A model generated the notes under the pieces. It was not told the DNA's origin. It ran no database searches and saw nothing but the letters and a program-made list of their open reading frames with translations. Positions 1-8,966 of a stretch of 40,492 nucleotides of DNA are shown here, piece by piece (positions within the stretch are counted from its first letter, which is position 1; the number at the start of each line of letters is the position of its first letter). The position numbers were made by a program, and so were the translations under genes. Location: positions 1 to 40,492 of the forward strand of contig PKSW01000392.1 in NCBI GenBank assembly GCA_002869465.1, in the 5' to 3' direction. Origin of the DNA: Marinilabiliales bacterium (lineage in GTDB: Bacteria; Bacteroidota; Bacteroidia; Bacteroidales; F082).

Positions 1-165
1 ACCATTAAACAGGTGAAAGTATTCCGGATCGGTATTCAGTAAAAAAAATTTGCCGTTGCTAAAATGGATGAGAATAGCCAGAACAAGAAAAATGATAGGA
101 ACAACGATAACTGAATTTTTTTTAATTTTTAAATACAAGCCATTCCAAAATAAATTATTGCTCAT
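1..165 (-). CDS. hypothetical membrane protein, N-terminal fragment (gene runs off the left edge)
   Basis: Not in the ORF track. The reverse complement of 1..165 starts with ATG (plus-strand CAT 163-165) and gives 55 sense codons open to the edge: MSNNLFWNGLYLKIKKNSVIVVPIIFLVLAILIHFSNGKFFLLNTDPEYFHLFNG. A basic stretch is followed by a hydrophobic helix. No family recognised. Confidence 0.35.
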   Translation of the reverse strand, partial: MSNNLFWNGLYLKIKKNSVIVVPIIFLVLAILIHFSNGKFFLLNTDPEYFHLFNG

Positions 166-216
166 ACATTTCGCTATTCAAATCTTATAAAATGACATAG
201 AACCTCTCAAACCGGA

Positions 217-1065
217 TCAATCTTCTAACTTTTTAGCCTTTATCCAATATGCATCCATTTCGGATAATGACATTTCTACCAGGTTCTTTCCATCTTTCAG
301 CGATTCTGATTCAATAAATTGAAACCGTCTGATAAACTTTTTATTGGTGCGTTCTAATGCATCTTCCGGATTAACTCCGATATACCTTGCGTAATTTACC
401 AGAGCGAACAACAGATCGCCAAATTCATCTTCCATCCGCTCTTTTTTAGCATGCGTATCCACCTCGTGTTTCAGTTCATTTAGCTCTTCTATTACTTTAT
501 TCCAAACCTGCTGACTATATTCCCATTCAAAGCCTACACCTTTAACTTTCTCCTGTATACGGTAAGCTTTTACCAATGGTGGCATCGATTGCGGAACCCC
601 TTCCAATACCGACTTTTTTCCTTCTTTCAACTTTAACTTCTCCCAGTTATTCTTCACATCATCGGCTCCCGAAACATCTACATCGCTATAAATATGAGGG
701 TGGCGGTAAACTAGTTTATCAGAAATATGATTTAATACATCTTTGATATCAAAAACCTTTTTTTCTGAACCAATTTTGGCATAAAAAACAATATGCAGCA
801 TCAGATCACCAAGCTCTTTTTTTATTTCTTCCAAGTCGTTCTCCAGTATCGCATCTGACAATTCATACACCTCTTCAATAGTTAAGTGCCGGAGGCTTTC
901 CAGCGTTTGTTCCTTATCCCATGGACACCCAGTACGTAGGTCATCCATTATATTTAAAAGTCTCTCAAATGCCTTTAACTTTTCTTCCATAGCCTCGGTA
1001 TTATTGATATCTGATTGAAGATGCAAGTTATTATAAATTTTATCGTTTAAGGGAAATAAGGTCAT
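217..1065 (-). CDS. mazG: nucleoside triphosphate pyrophosphohydrolase MazG
   Basis: Tandem MazG modules: LLNIMDDLRTGCPWDKEQTLESLRHLTIEEVYELSDAI and EFGDLLFALVNYARYIGVNPEDALERTNKKFIRRF. The true start may be the internal Met (MEEKLKAFERLL) at 990, which matches the usual MazG N-terminus better. Confidence 0.9.
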   Translation of the reverse strand: MTLFPLNDKIYNNLHLQSDINNTEAMEEKLKAFERLLNIMDDLRTGCPWDKEQTLESLRHLTIEEVYELSDAILENDLEEIKKELGDLMLHIVFYAKIGSEKKVFDIKDVLNHISDKLVYRHPHIYSDVDVSGADDVKNNWEKLKLKEGKKSVLEGVPQSMPPLVKAYRIQEKVKGVGFEWEYSQQVWNKVIEELNELKHEVDTHAKKERMEDEFGDLLFALVNYARYIGVNPEDALERTNKKFIRRFQFIESESLKDGKNLVEMSLSEMDAYWIKAKKLED

Positions 1066-1119
1066 TTTTTACAAACTGATTTCTGAAAAGTTATTAAAAA
1101 ATTAGTGGCGCATTTCTTC

Positions 1120-1127
1120 TAAATTTG
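1120..1127 (+). promoter_or_regulatory. Bacteroidota-type -7 promoter box TAAATTTG
   Basis: Exact match to TAnnTTTG. The box ends 20 nt before the TTG start at 1148, in the mazG / 1148 divergent spacer. Confidence 0.45.
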
Positions 1128-1147
1128 CCAGATAGTTTAAATCCATT

Positions 1148-2314
1148 TTGAACGCATCAAACAAAATAAGGTTTTTAGTATTCGCGAGCGCGTTGATGAT
1201 CATTTGTAATAACGCTTACGGACAGGCGGCAAGTGGTAAATACTCAAAGTTGAACATCATGGCTGAAGCAAAAATCCATTATGGTTTCCTATACAGCCAT
1301 CATCTTGAACTTGACAAGTTCCAGGCGCATTATCCTGCTTATGAATTTAGTATTGAACAAGCTACCTGGGGAGCAAAACGCTGGGAAGTGGCTTACGCTT
1401 ATCCGATCATTGGCATTAGCTTTTGGTTTTCACGCTTGGGTGGGTTCGAAGAAATAGGATCGGCCTATGCGCTATACCCATTTATTACTTTTCCAATATT
1501 TTATGATTCTAAAAATAGCATCAACTTTAGACTTGGTCTGGGGTTAAGTTATCTCACGAATAAATTTGACAGGACTGAAAATTATAAAAATTTTGCTATC
1601 GGTTCGCACGTAAATGTAGCAGGTAGCTTATACCTGGAATATCGAAGAAAACTGGGCCGAATATTTACCATTTCGGGTGGTTTTGGTTTAACGCACTTTT
1701 CAAATGGCGCTACCAAAACACCCAATTACGGCCTAAATATTTTAACGGCAAATATTGGCGTAAGTGCATTTTTGAAACCACCTAACCCGGCATTTGATAA
1801 AAAAACACTACCAGAGTTGTATACATTCGAATTTGACGGAAGAAAAGACCTTGATATCGAATTTTCATTCAGCTACGCCAGTAAAGACATGACAGAACAA
1901 TTTGGAGAGAGATTTAATGTTTTCGTATTGTATATTAATACGTTGAAGCGGATTTCATACAAGAGCAAAATAGGCGGCGGCATTAATCTTGTTTACGATG
2001 CGTCAGACAAGTACCTGCTTGAATGGAGTGGAATAGAAGTAGATAAGCCCTTTGAAACAGTTAAACCCGGTATAAGTGCCGCATATGAATTGGTTATTTC
2101 AAAAATATCATTCATGTTTAACTTTGGTTTTTATTTATATAATAAAGAAGCAAGTGAAGGACAGGTGTACCAGTGCCTTACTTTAAAATATAATTTTATA
2201 GATAATATTTTTGCCCATATTGTATTGAATACTAATTGGGGTAAGGCAGAATATGTGGGTTTTGGTTTGGGATATAAGATTAATTTTATTTATAAGAGAA
2301 AAATAAAACACTAG
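1148..2314 (+). CDS. outer-membrane beta-barrel protein, PagL-like acyloxyacyl hydrolase (lipid A deacylase family)
   Basis: TTG start. Signal peptide MNASNKIRFLVFASALMIICNNAYGQ. Alternating beta-strand pattern throughout. HFSNG motif (GLTHFSNGATKTPNYG) matches the His-x-Ser catalytic motif of PagL-type deacylases. Ends with an aromatic-rich strand. Confidence 0.6.
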   Translation: MNASNKIRFLVFASALMIICNNAYGQAASGKYSKLNIMAEAKIHYGFLYSHHLELDKFQAHYPAYEFSIEQATWGAKRWEVAYAYPIIGISFWFSRLGGFEEIGSAYALYPFITFPIFYDSKNSINFRLGLGLSYLTNKFDRTENYKNFAIGSHVNVAGSLYLEYRRKLGRIFTISGGFGLTHFSNGATKTPNYGLNILTANIGVSAFLKPPNPAFDKKTLPELYTFEFDGRKDLDIEFSFSYASKDMTEQFGERFNVFVLYINTLKRISYKSKIGGGINLVYDASDKYLLEWSGIEVDKPFETVKPGISAAYELVISKISFMFNFGFYLYNKEASEGQVYQCLTLKYNFIDNIFAHIVLNTNWGKAEYVGFGLGYKINFIYKRKIKH

Positions 2315-3054
2315 TGCTAAGGTTATTGAACATTATTATTTTATTCATTCTTTTCACTACTTCATGTGAAAAGAATTCAGTAGGGGATTGCTTTAAAAGC
2401 ACAGGACCAATAACCATTGTTGATAGGCAGGTGAGTGGTTTTCATACAATTATGCTCAAAGACAATATTGATCTTGAACTTAAATCATCCAACACAAATC
2501 ACCTGGCGATAGAAGCTGGAAGCAATCTATTGAGTAAAATTAAAACTGAAGTAATTGACAGCGTTCTGATCATAGAAAATAATAATAGTTGTAATTGGGT
2601 GCGTAACTATGACTCGCCATTAAAGGCTTACCTGGATTTTACTACTCTTGATACTATAGAATATAGATCCATTGGTAATATTAGCAGCAATGATACAATT
2701 CGTCTTAATAACTTAGTAATTAACGTTAGAGAAGGAGCGGGTGAAATTGATTTTATAGTTCATGCAGCCATAATTTTTTGTAATATTCATTATGGCACTG
2801 CTGAAATCAGATTAAGAGGCAGGAGCAAAGTATGTTTTGTTTACTCAAATAGCTTTGGTTTAGTAGATAACCTGGAGCTAAATTCAGATCAACTCTATAT
2901 AAATAATAAGAGCAGTAATGACGTTTATGTTCATGCTAATAACGTTTTAGAAGCAACAATTGAAAACATTGGCAGCATATACTATACGGGAAATCCATAT
3001 CACTTAACTCTGAATCAGTTTGGTTCAGGCGAATTAATTAAACTCAGGCATTAA
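2314..3054 (+). CDS. lipoprotein, DUF2807-like (adhesin head GIN-type beta-solenoid) protein
   Basis: GTG start overlapping the upstream stop (TAGTG). Lipobox LFILFTTSC. Repetitive short beta-strand segments and a C-terminal GSGELI motif resemble DUF2807 proteins. Family call is from memory only. Confidence 0.45.
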   Translation: MLRLLNIIILFILFTTSCEKNSVGDCFKSTGPITIVDRQVSGFHTIMLKDNIDLELKSSNTNHLAIEAGSNLLSKIKTEVIDSVLIIENNNSCNWVRNYDSPLKAYLDFTTLDTIEYRSIGNISSNDTIRLNNLVINVREGAGEIDFIVHAAIIFCNIHYGTAEIRLRGRSKVCFVYSNSFGLVDNLELNSDQLYINNKSSNDVYVHANNVLEATIENIGSIYYTGNPYHLTLNQFGSGELIKLRH

Positions 3055-4379
3055 TGTCCTATCTAAAAAGTTTAAAATTTACAGTTTTTAGTTTTTGCTG
3101 TATTGCGATCATACTTATTTGGATAAGTGCAAACTTGAACTGGGGCGATGGAAGGTGGAATAATATTATCAAAAATGATGGCAACGGATATTATGCATAC
3201 TTACCTGCTATATTTATTTATCATGACCTAACATTTAATTTTATTGATAACATTGTTAATGACAGCTTAAATTCAAATATCAATAAGGAATTCGTTACAA
3301 ACGAAAATGGAGTTGTTTTTAATAAATATTACGCAGGAACTTCAGTAGCGTTACTGCCATTTTTTGCTTTAGGTCATATTACAAATTGGATTTATGGATT
3401 ACCACTTGATGGGTATGCTGTTTATTACAGAATTTTTATTCAGGTAGCAGCTCTGTTTTATTTGCTATTTGGATTAATTCTTTTTGCTAAAATATTAGGG
3501 TTTTATGGTATTAAGGATTTGATTATTGCTATTTCAATGACTGCAATAGTATTTGGGACAAATATTTTTTACTATGTTGTTTCAGAACCTTCAATGTCGC
3601 ATATCTATTCATTTGCTTTTGTCAATCTCTTCGTGTACAGTTTTATTAATTATTTCAAATCTTTGCATTTGAGATTTTTTATTATAGGAATAGTAGCCCT
3701 CGGAATGGTAACTTTGATCAGACCAATAAATATTCTCATATTTTTTAGTTTACCTTTCTTAGCAGGGAGTTATGTGGCATTATCATCAGGACTGAAATGC
3801 CTAACTAATAAATGGAAAGTGTCCATAGCAGGGGTAATTCTTTTTATTATGATTATATCCGTTCAATTAATATTATATAAGATTGAAACCGGCAGTTTAA
3901 TTCTCTATTCATATGCAAATGAAGGATTTAATTTTTTAAATCCAAATATGGTTAAATTCATGTTTTCATATCGAAAGGGACTTTTTCTTTATACTCCCAT
4001 TTTATTTTTTTCCTTATTCGGAATGGCTTATTTTATAAAGGACAAGTTTAAATTCCTTTCTCTCATACTTTTTCTGTTTTTAGTCATTTACATTTTATCA
4101 TCTTGGTGGATGTGGTATTATGGCGGAAGTTTTTCACAAAGAGTAATGATTGAGTATTATATTTATTTCTTTATACCGTTTTCAATGTTGCTACAAAAGA
4201 TAACATTTCCTAAAATGGCTATATTAATGGTTATATTTTTAATAATAGTTTGTCAAATACAAACTTATCAATATCAAAGAGGCTATATTCATTGGTCGGA
4301 AATGAATAAAGAGAAGTATTGGGATAACTTTCTAAGAATAGATAAAGTACTAAAAAGTACTGATAAAGATTGGGAATAA
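3054..4379 (+). CDS. polytopic inner-membrane protein, possible GT-C-fold (ArnT/PMT-like) glycosyltransferase
   Basis: ATG overlaps the upstream stop (TAATG). About 10 or more hydrophobic helices. The first loop carries DGNGYYAYLPAIFIYHDL, reminiscent of the acidic first-loop motif of GT-C enzymes. The CDS is solid, the function is tentative. Confidence 0.45.
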   Translation: MSYLKSLKFTVFSFCCIAIILIWISANLNWGDGRWNNIIKNDGNGYYAYLPAIFIYHDLTFNFIDNIVNDSLNSNINKEFVTNENGVVFNKYYAGTSVALLPFFALGHITNWIYGLPLDGYAVYYRIFIQVAALFYLLFGLILFAKILGFYGIKDLIIAISMTAIVFGTNIFYYVVSEPSMSHIYSFAFVNLFVYSFINYFKSLHLRFFIIGIVALGMVTLIRPINILIFFSLPFLAGSYVALSSGLKCLTNKWKVSIAGVILFIMIISVQLILYKIETGSLILYSYANEGFNFLNPNMVKFMFSYRKGLFLYTPILFFSLFGMAYFIKDKFKFLSLILFLFLVIYILSSWWMWYYGGSFSQRVMIEYYIYFFIPFSMLLQKITFPKMAILMVIFLIIVCQIQTYQYQRGYIHWSEMNKEKYWDNFLRIDKVLKSTDKDWE

Positions 4380-4400
4380 ATTGTATAGTATAAACAAAGC

Positions 4401-5870
4401 TTAGTATGCCTTAGCAAACACGACCCTCTGCTGCGAAGGCTTTTCTGTATAAATACATTTACCTTCTTTCAATTTTCCATCTATCGGGATCAGGCGAATC
4501 GTAGCTTTTGTTTCATCTTTTATTTTTTCTTCGGTTTCGGGGGTTCCATCCCAGTGAGCCCAAACAAATCCGCCTTTTTCAATTCGATCTTTAAATTCGT
4601 CCCAGCTATCCACGGTAAAAGTATTATCATCTCTGAATGAAAGTGCTTTTTGATAAATATTATTTTGAATATTTTCAAGCAGGTTTTCAATTTTATGAGC
4701 AATATCCTGAATCGCCAACGTTTCTTTTTCCAGCGTATCTCTTCTGGCAACTTCAACGGTTCCATTCTCCAGGTCACGAGGACCAATAGCCAATCGAACC
4801 GGCACACCTTTAAGTTCCCATTCAGCAAATTTGAAACCGGGTTTGTGCGTGTCCCTATTGTCGAATTTTACGGAGATACCCCTGGACTTTAAATCTTTAA
4901 CAATTTTGTCAACTTCCAAGGTAATTTCATCCAGTTGCTCGGGTTTTTTATATATAGGCACAATCACCACCTGAATAGGAGCAAGTTTTGGAGGCAACAC
5001 AAGACCATTATCATCAGAATGCGACATAATCAGTGCGCCTACCAACCTGGTCGAGACCCCCCATGAAGTAGCCCAAACATATTCCTGTTGATTGTCTTTT
5101 GTTACAAACTTTACATCAAATGCTTTAGCGAAATTTTGGCCTAGGAAATGAGAAGTTCCTGCCTGCAAGGCTTTGCCATCTTGCATCAAAGCCTCAATAC
5201 AATAAGTTTCAACTGCGCCAGCAAAGCGTTCACCTGGCGACTTTACACCTTTAAGTACTGGAACTCCCATCCACTTTTCAGCAAACTCAGCATATAGATC
5301 CAGAATCAGTTCAGCTTCTTTCACAGCCTCATCTTTGGTGGCATGTGCCGTGTGGCCTTCCTGCCATAAAAATTCTGCAGTTCTCAGGAATAACCTGGTT
5401 CTCATTTCCCATCTTACCACGTTGGCCCATTGGTTGATTAATAATGGTAAATCACGGTAAGATTGTATCCATTTTTTATATGTATCCCAAATAATAGTTT
5501 CAGATGTAGGCCTGACGATAAGTTCTTCTTCAAGTTTGGCAGATTCATCAACCATTACACCACCTTTTCCATCATTTTTAAGCCGGTAATGCGTTACAAC
5601 AGCACATTCTTTTGCAAAACCTTCAACGTGTGCAGCCTCTTTAGCGAAAAAAGATTTAGGTATGAATAGGGGGAAATAGGCATTTTCATGCCCCGTATCT
5701 TTAAACATTTGATCCAATGCCGATTGCATCTTCTCCCATATGGCATATCCGTACGGTTTAATGACCATAGAGCCTCTAACAGCGGAGTTTTCCGCTAAAT
5801 CAGCTTTAATGACCAGGTCATTGTACCACTGTGAATAATTTTCTGCTCTTGATGTTAATTCTTTCGCCAT
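4401..5870 (-). CDS. proS: proline--tRNA ligase (archaeal/eukaryote-like class II ProRS)
   Basis: [38 protein letters not shown], class II motifs ([26 protein letters not shown]), C-terminal zinc-domain-type tail ending FAKAY. Start set at MAKELT (5870) because a TAAATTTG box at 5912-5919 lies inside the longer 5924 ORF. Confidence 0.95.
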   Translation of the reverse strand: MAKELTSRAENYSQWYNDLVIKADLAENSAVRGSMVIKPYGYAIWEKMQSALDQMFKDTGHENAYFPLFIPKSFFAKEAAHVEGFAKECAVVTHYRLKNDGKGGVMVDESAKLEEELIVRPTSETIIWDTYKKWIQSYRDLPLLINQWANVVRWEMRTRLFLRTAEFLWQEGHTAHATKDEAVKEAELILDLYAEFAEKWMGVPVLKGVKSPGERFAGAVETYCIEALMQDGKALQAGTSHFLGQNFAKAFDVKFVTKDNQQEYVWATSWGVSTRLVGALIMSHSDDNGLVLPPKLAPIQVVIVPIYKKPEQLDEITLEVDKIVKDLKSRGISVKFDNRDTHKPGFKFAEWELKGVPVRLAIGPRDLENGTVEVARRDTLEKETLAIQDIAHKIENLLENIQNNIYQKALSFRDDNTFTVDSWDEFKDRIEKGGFVWAHWDGTPETEEKIKDETKATIRLIPIDGKLKEGKCIYTEKPSQQRVVFAKAY

Positions 5871-5911
5871 TTCTGATAGTTTGGTATAATATTTGTAATT
5901 TTTAAGGAAAG

Positions 5912-5919
5912 CAAATTTA
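5912..5919 (-). promoter_or_regulatory. -7 promoter box TAAATTTG for proS
   Basis: Plus strand caaattta is TAAATTTG on the minus strand, 41 nt upstream of the ATG at 5870. Confidence 0.4.
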
Positions 5920-5953
5920 AACAATGTTTATTAAACCACAAGAACCAAGTATC

Positions 5954-7399
5954 ATGAAAGCTAAAAAAAGACATACCGTTTATATCCTTTCGCTACTGAT
6001 AGCAGCATTGGGCATCACATCATGTTCAAGCGTTGGGGATATGCCAAAAGATGATATATATTATTCCAGGAATTTAGATAACCCCAGTGAGTATAATTGG
6101 GATGACTTTCAGAAGAATACAGAATCTTATGGCACAAAAACTGTAACATCCAACGTTAGCAGCAGCGATTCATATGATTATAATTCTTCCTACCAGGACG
6201 ATATCGCTGGTAATGAAAATTCTGATGAGTATGAATATATTGATGAGTACTACGATGGTAGTTATGAAAGCCGATTAGAAAGGTTTGGCAGCAACAGTTC
6301 GGGTTCAAATTTTGGTTATTACGATGATTATTATACAGGTTACAACAATTGTTATAGCTGTAATAGCGGGCCAAATGTTTCTTTAGGATTTAGTTTTAGT
6401 ATGGGTTATGGCTATGGCTATCCGTATTATCCCTATTATTCCTATTATCCCTCATTTTATTATCCTTATTATTCTCCATACTATTATCCTTATTATGGTT
6501 ATAACAGTAGCTATTGGGCTGGGTATAATGCCGGATACTGGAATGGATATTATGGTTATCCTTATGGATATGGAGGCGGTTATTACCCGGGTTACGGGGG
6601 TGATTATTATGGTGGAACGGCTGTTGCTTATGGTCCAAGAGGAAGTAATGTTACAGGTACTACAATTCCAAGAAACAGGACTGGAAGTTCGGGATCAACT
6701 GGCAACATAAATCAAAAGACTGTTGTAGCTGGCGGTGCCATATCGCCTGTATCAAGAGGTGAATCAACCGCCGTGTCTTCTGGTGGACAAACTACTGCCA
6801 ACCAGGTAGTTTCAGGAAGAAATGTTAAAATAGGGAAACCTGATAATGAAATAACGGCCAGAAGGGATGCAAATCCTCAGAATGTTGTTACTGGTAACAG
6901 AAGCTCAATTTCAACAAATAGACAAACTCAGAAAACTTATCAAAAACCTAAATCATATCAGAATCTTTCGACACAGCAAACCAAGAGCAGATCAGAATAT
7001 GTTAGGCCAACAAATAAGACAGAGGCGGGGTCTGTAAATCAAAATCGATCAAATATCAGAACTAATCCAACAACACCTCGTGATATTAATAACTCGGGAT
7101 CTAGTAAGAAGGAAATTTATACACCTTCAAGAAACAGATCTTCATCATATGGAACATCTTCACCAAGCAAGAGCTATTCTTCTCCTTCAAGGTCTAACAC
7201 TTCTTCTAGAAGTTATTCAAGCCCGTCAACTAACAAGTCGGGGAGTGGATCAACCTCAGTTGGTACTTCGAGAAGTAGCAGTAATTCAAGTGGAAGCAGT
7301 TCAAGATCCTACGGAGGTTCATCGTCCAGATCAAGTTCTGGTAGCACTTCATCCGGAACTAGATCAGGAGGAGGCGGAAGCAGCCCGAAGAGAAGATAG
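5954..7399 (+). CDS. low-complexity (Tyr/Gly/Pro-rich then Ser/Arg-rich) intrinsically disordered lipoprotein
   Basis: Start set at MKAKKRHTVYILSLLIAALGITSC (signal peptide plus lipobox ITSC). It is followed by an acidic D/E/Y block, a 77-aa block with 32 Tyr, and a long basic S/T/N/R/K tail ending SSPKRR. No globular domain recognised. Confidence 0.7.
   Translation: MKAKKRHTVYILSLLIAALGITSCSSVGDMPKDDIYYSRNLDNPSEYNWDDFQKNTESYGTKTVTSNVSSSDSYDYNSSYQDDIAGNENSDEYEYIDEYYDGSYESRLERFGSNSSGSNFGYYDDYYTGYNNCYSCNSGPNVSLGFSFSMGYGYGYPYYPYYSYYPSFYYPYYSPYYYPYYGYNSSYWAGYNAGYWNGYYGYPYGYGGGYYPGYGGDYYGGTAVAYGPRGSNVTGTTIPRNRTGSSGSTGNINQKTVVAGGAISPVSRGESTAVSSGGQTTANQVVSGRNVKIGKPDNEITARRDANPQNVVTGNRSSISTNRQTQKTYQKPKSYQNLSTQQTKSRSEYVRPTNKTEAGSVNQNRSNIRTNPTTPRDINNSGSSKKEIYTPSRNRSSSYGTSSPSKSYSSPSRSNTSSRSYSSPSTNKSGSGSTSVGTSRSSSNSSGSSSRSYGGSSSRSSSGSTSSGTRSGGGGSSPKRR
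6386..6616 (+). repeat. cryptic codon-level repeat (TAT/TAC-CCN/GGN) encoding the Tyr-rich block
   Basis: GFSFSMGYGYGYPYYPYYSYYPSFYYPYYSPYYYPYYGYNSSYWAGYNAGYWNGYYGYPYGYGGGYYPGYGGDYYGG. The DNA shows reiterated tattatcc / tatggntat units. Confidence 0.7.
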
Positions 7400-7451
7400 T
7401 AACAACAACTTGTATTCTTCTCTTAATTATTCAAAATAAAATACTTACATC

Positions 7452-8960
7452 ATGAAAAGATCAATCATTATTATAGGTCTTCTGCTAGGTACTTATGGAT
7501 TATTTGCACAATACGCAGAGGACGCATTAAGATATTCACTGCAGTATTATCAGGGATCAGCCAGGTTTATGGCCGTAGGTGGTGCATTTGGCGGACTTGG
7601 AGGTGACTTCTCTGTTTTAAGCACAAACCCTGGTGGAATAGGTGTTTTCAGAAATAGTGAAACAATACTTACCCCAAGCGTAACTAACCGAAAAGTCACT
7701 TCAATTTACGATTTTGATGGCACTTTACGTGACGATAACAGTGTTGTATTTGCACTTAATAATTTTGGATATGTAAATGCGAAGCGACTAGGCAGGGGAG
7801 GAAAAGGTTGGAAGTATTTTCAGTATGCAATCGGCATGAACAGGCTCGCTAACTATAATACAAGCATCTACATGCAGGGCGAAAACCAAAGCAGTTCTCG
7901 TATCGACACTTATATAGATGATGCTGTAGATTTTTTGAATGATGGTGGCACCTATGACGAGCTTTTATATCATGACCCATTTTATGTGGGTCCCGCATGG
8001 GAAACCTATTTACTTGATACAGTAAGTGATGAGAATTTTACGTATTTGATTTCGCCTGTTCCTGCAGGAGGCTTGATGCAAACGCAACGTATTGAAACCC
8101 GGGGTTCAAACAATGAATGGTTTGGATCAGTTGGAGCTAATTTTAACGATATTTTGTATGTTGGTGCAACCTTAGGGTTTCCTTATATTAGATATTATCG
8201 TGATTCTTATTATGCAGAAACAGACGTTGAGAATTCAGAAACATTTGACAACTGGAGTGTTTCAGAAAGCCTTGTGACTAAAGGTATGGGAATTAATTTT
8301 AAAATTGGTGCCATTGTACGGCCCATAGATTGGATTCGAATCGGAGCAGCTTTTCACACACCTTCTTACTACTGGAGTTTAACAGATTCATGGTATACCT
8401 ATACTACAAGTGATGTATATGCATACAGCCTGGACGAATGGGTTGTTTCTGATTACAAATCAGTAATTGGAGAATACAATTATAAATTAACCACGCCCAT
8501 GCGATTTATCGGCGACCTCGCTTTTATAATTAAAAAGTTTGGTTTTCTTTCTGCTGAATATGAATATGTAAATTATAGCAACGCCAAATTTAAAGCCAAC
8601 GATTATAGTTTTGCAACTGAAAATGAAAATATTAAATCATATTATACCAGCGCGCATAACCTAAGGGCTGGTGCAGAATGGCGCGTTTCCAGTTTAAGTT
8701 TACGGGCCGGATATGCGCTTTACAGCAGTCCATATAAGAATAATCTTAATGATGGAGCTAGGCAATCATATTCAGGAGGCTTAGGATATCGGGGGAAATC
8801 ATTTGCCATTGATTTCGCATATGTTTATTCTAAAATGAATGAGGATTATTATATGTATATATACAGTGATCCAAATACAGGTGATGATATTAGTCCAAAA
8901 GTTACGAACGAGTTGGCTGAAAGTTCCTTTATTTTATCATTCAAATACTACTTTAATTAG
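7452..8960 (+). CDS. outer-membrane beta-barrel protein, FadL/TodX- or PorV-like family
   Basis: Signal peptide MKRSIIIIGLLLGTYGLFAQ. N-terminal motif SARFMAVGGAFGGLGGDFSVLSTNPGGIG resembles the conserved N-terminal motif of FadL/PorV-type barrels. Amphipathic strands throughout. C-terminal strand FILSFKYYFN. Confidence 0.6.
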   Translation: MKRSIIIIGLLLGTYGLFAQYAEDALRYSLQYYQGSARFMAVGGAFGGLGGDFSVLSTNPGGIGVFRNSETILTPSVTNRKVTSIYDFDGTLRDDNSVVFALNNFGYVNAKRLGRGGKGWKYFQYAIGMNRLANYNTSIYMQGENQSSSRIDTYIDDAVDFLNDGGTYDELLYHDPFYVGPAWETYLLDTVSDENFTYLISPVPAGGLMQTQRIETRGSNNEWFGSVGANFNDILYVGATLGFPYIRYYRDSYYAETDVENSETFDNWSVSESLVTKGMGINFKIGAIVRPIDWIRIGAAFHTPSYYWSLTDSWYTYTTSDVYAYSLDEWVVSDYKSVIGEYNYKLTTPMRFIGDLAFIIKKFGFLSAEYEYVNYSNAKFKANDYSFATENENIKSYYTSAHNLRAGAEWRVSSLSLRAGYALYSSPYKNNLNDGARQSYSGGLGYRGKSFAIDFAYVYSKMNEDYYMYIYSDPNTGDDISPKVTNELAESSFILSFKYYFN

Positions 8961-8966
8961 TCTACT

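Noticed and set aside
4520-5669. ORF-track entries 4520..4828(-), 4650..4892(+) and 5463..5669(+) inside proS
   Set aside because: They lie wholly within a strongly supported ProRS coding frame, have odd composition and no start context. They are typical shadow ORFs.
5871-5953. Longer N-terminal extensions from the ORF track: proS from 5924, the lipoprotein from 5924, PNP from 13587, the M28 peptidase from 24609 and bamD from 33609
   Set aside because: Internal Met starts give canonical N-termini or signal peptides. For proS, M28 and bamD a TAnnTTTG box lies inside the extension. The proS and lipoprotein extensions would also overlap each other head-to-head.
6156-7439. ORFs 6156..6374(-), 6396..6638(-), 6408..6710(+) and 7080..7439(+) overlapping the low-complexity lipoprotein gene
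   Set aside because: They arise from the codon-repeat structure (Tyr/Pro/Gly and Ser/Arg runs stay open in other frames). Their translations are equally low-complexity (His/Asn-rich or Ile-rich) and lack signals. Only the lipoprotein frame has a signal peptide and spans the whole region.
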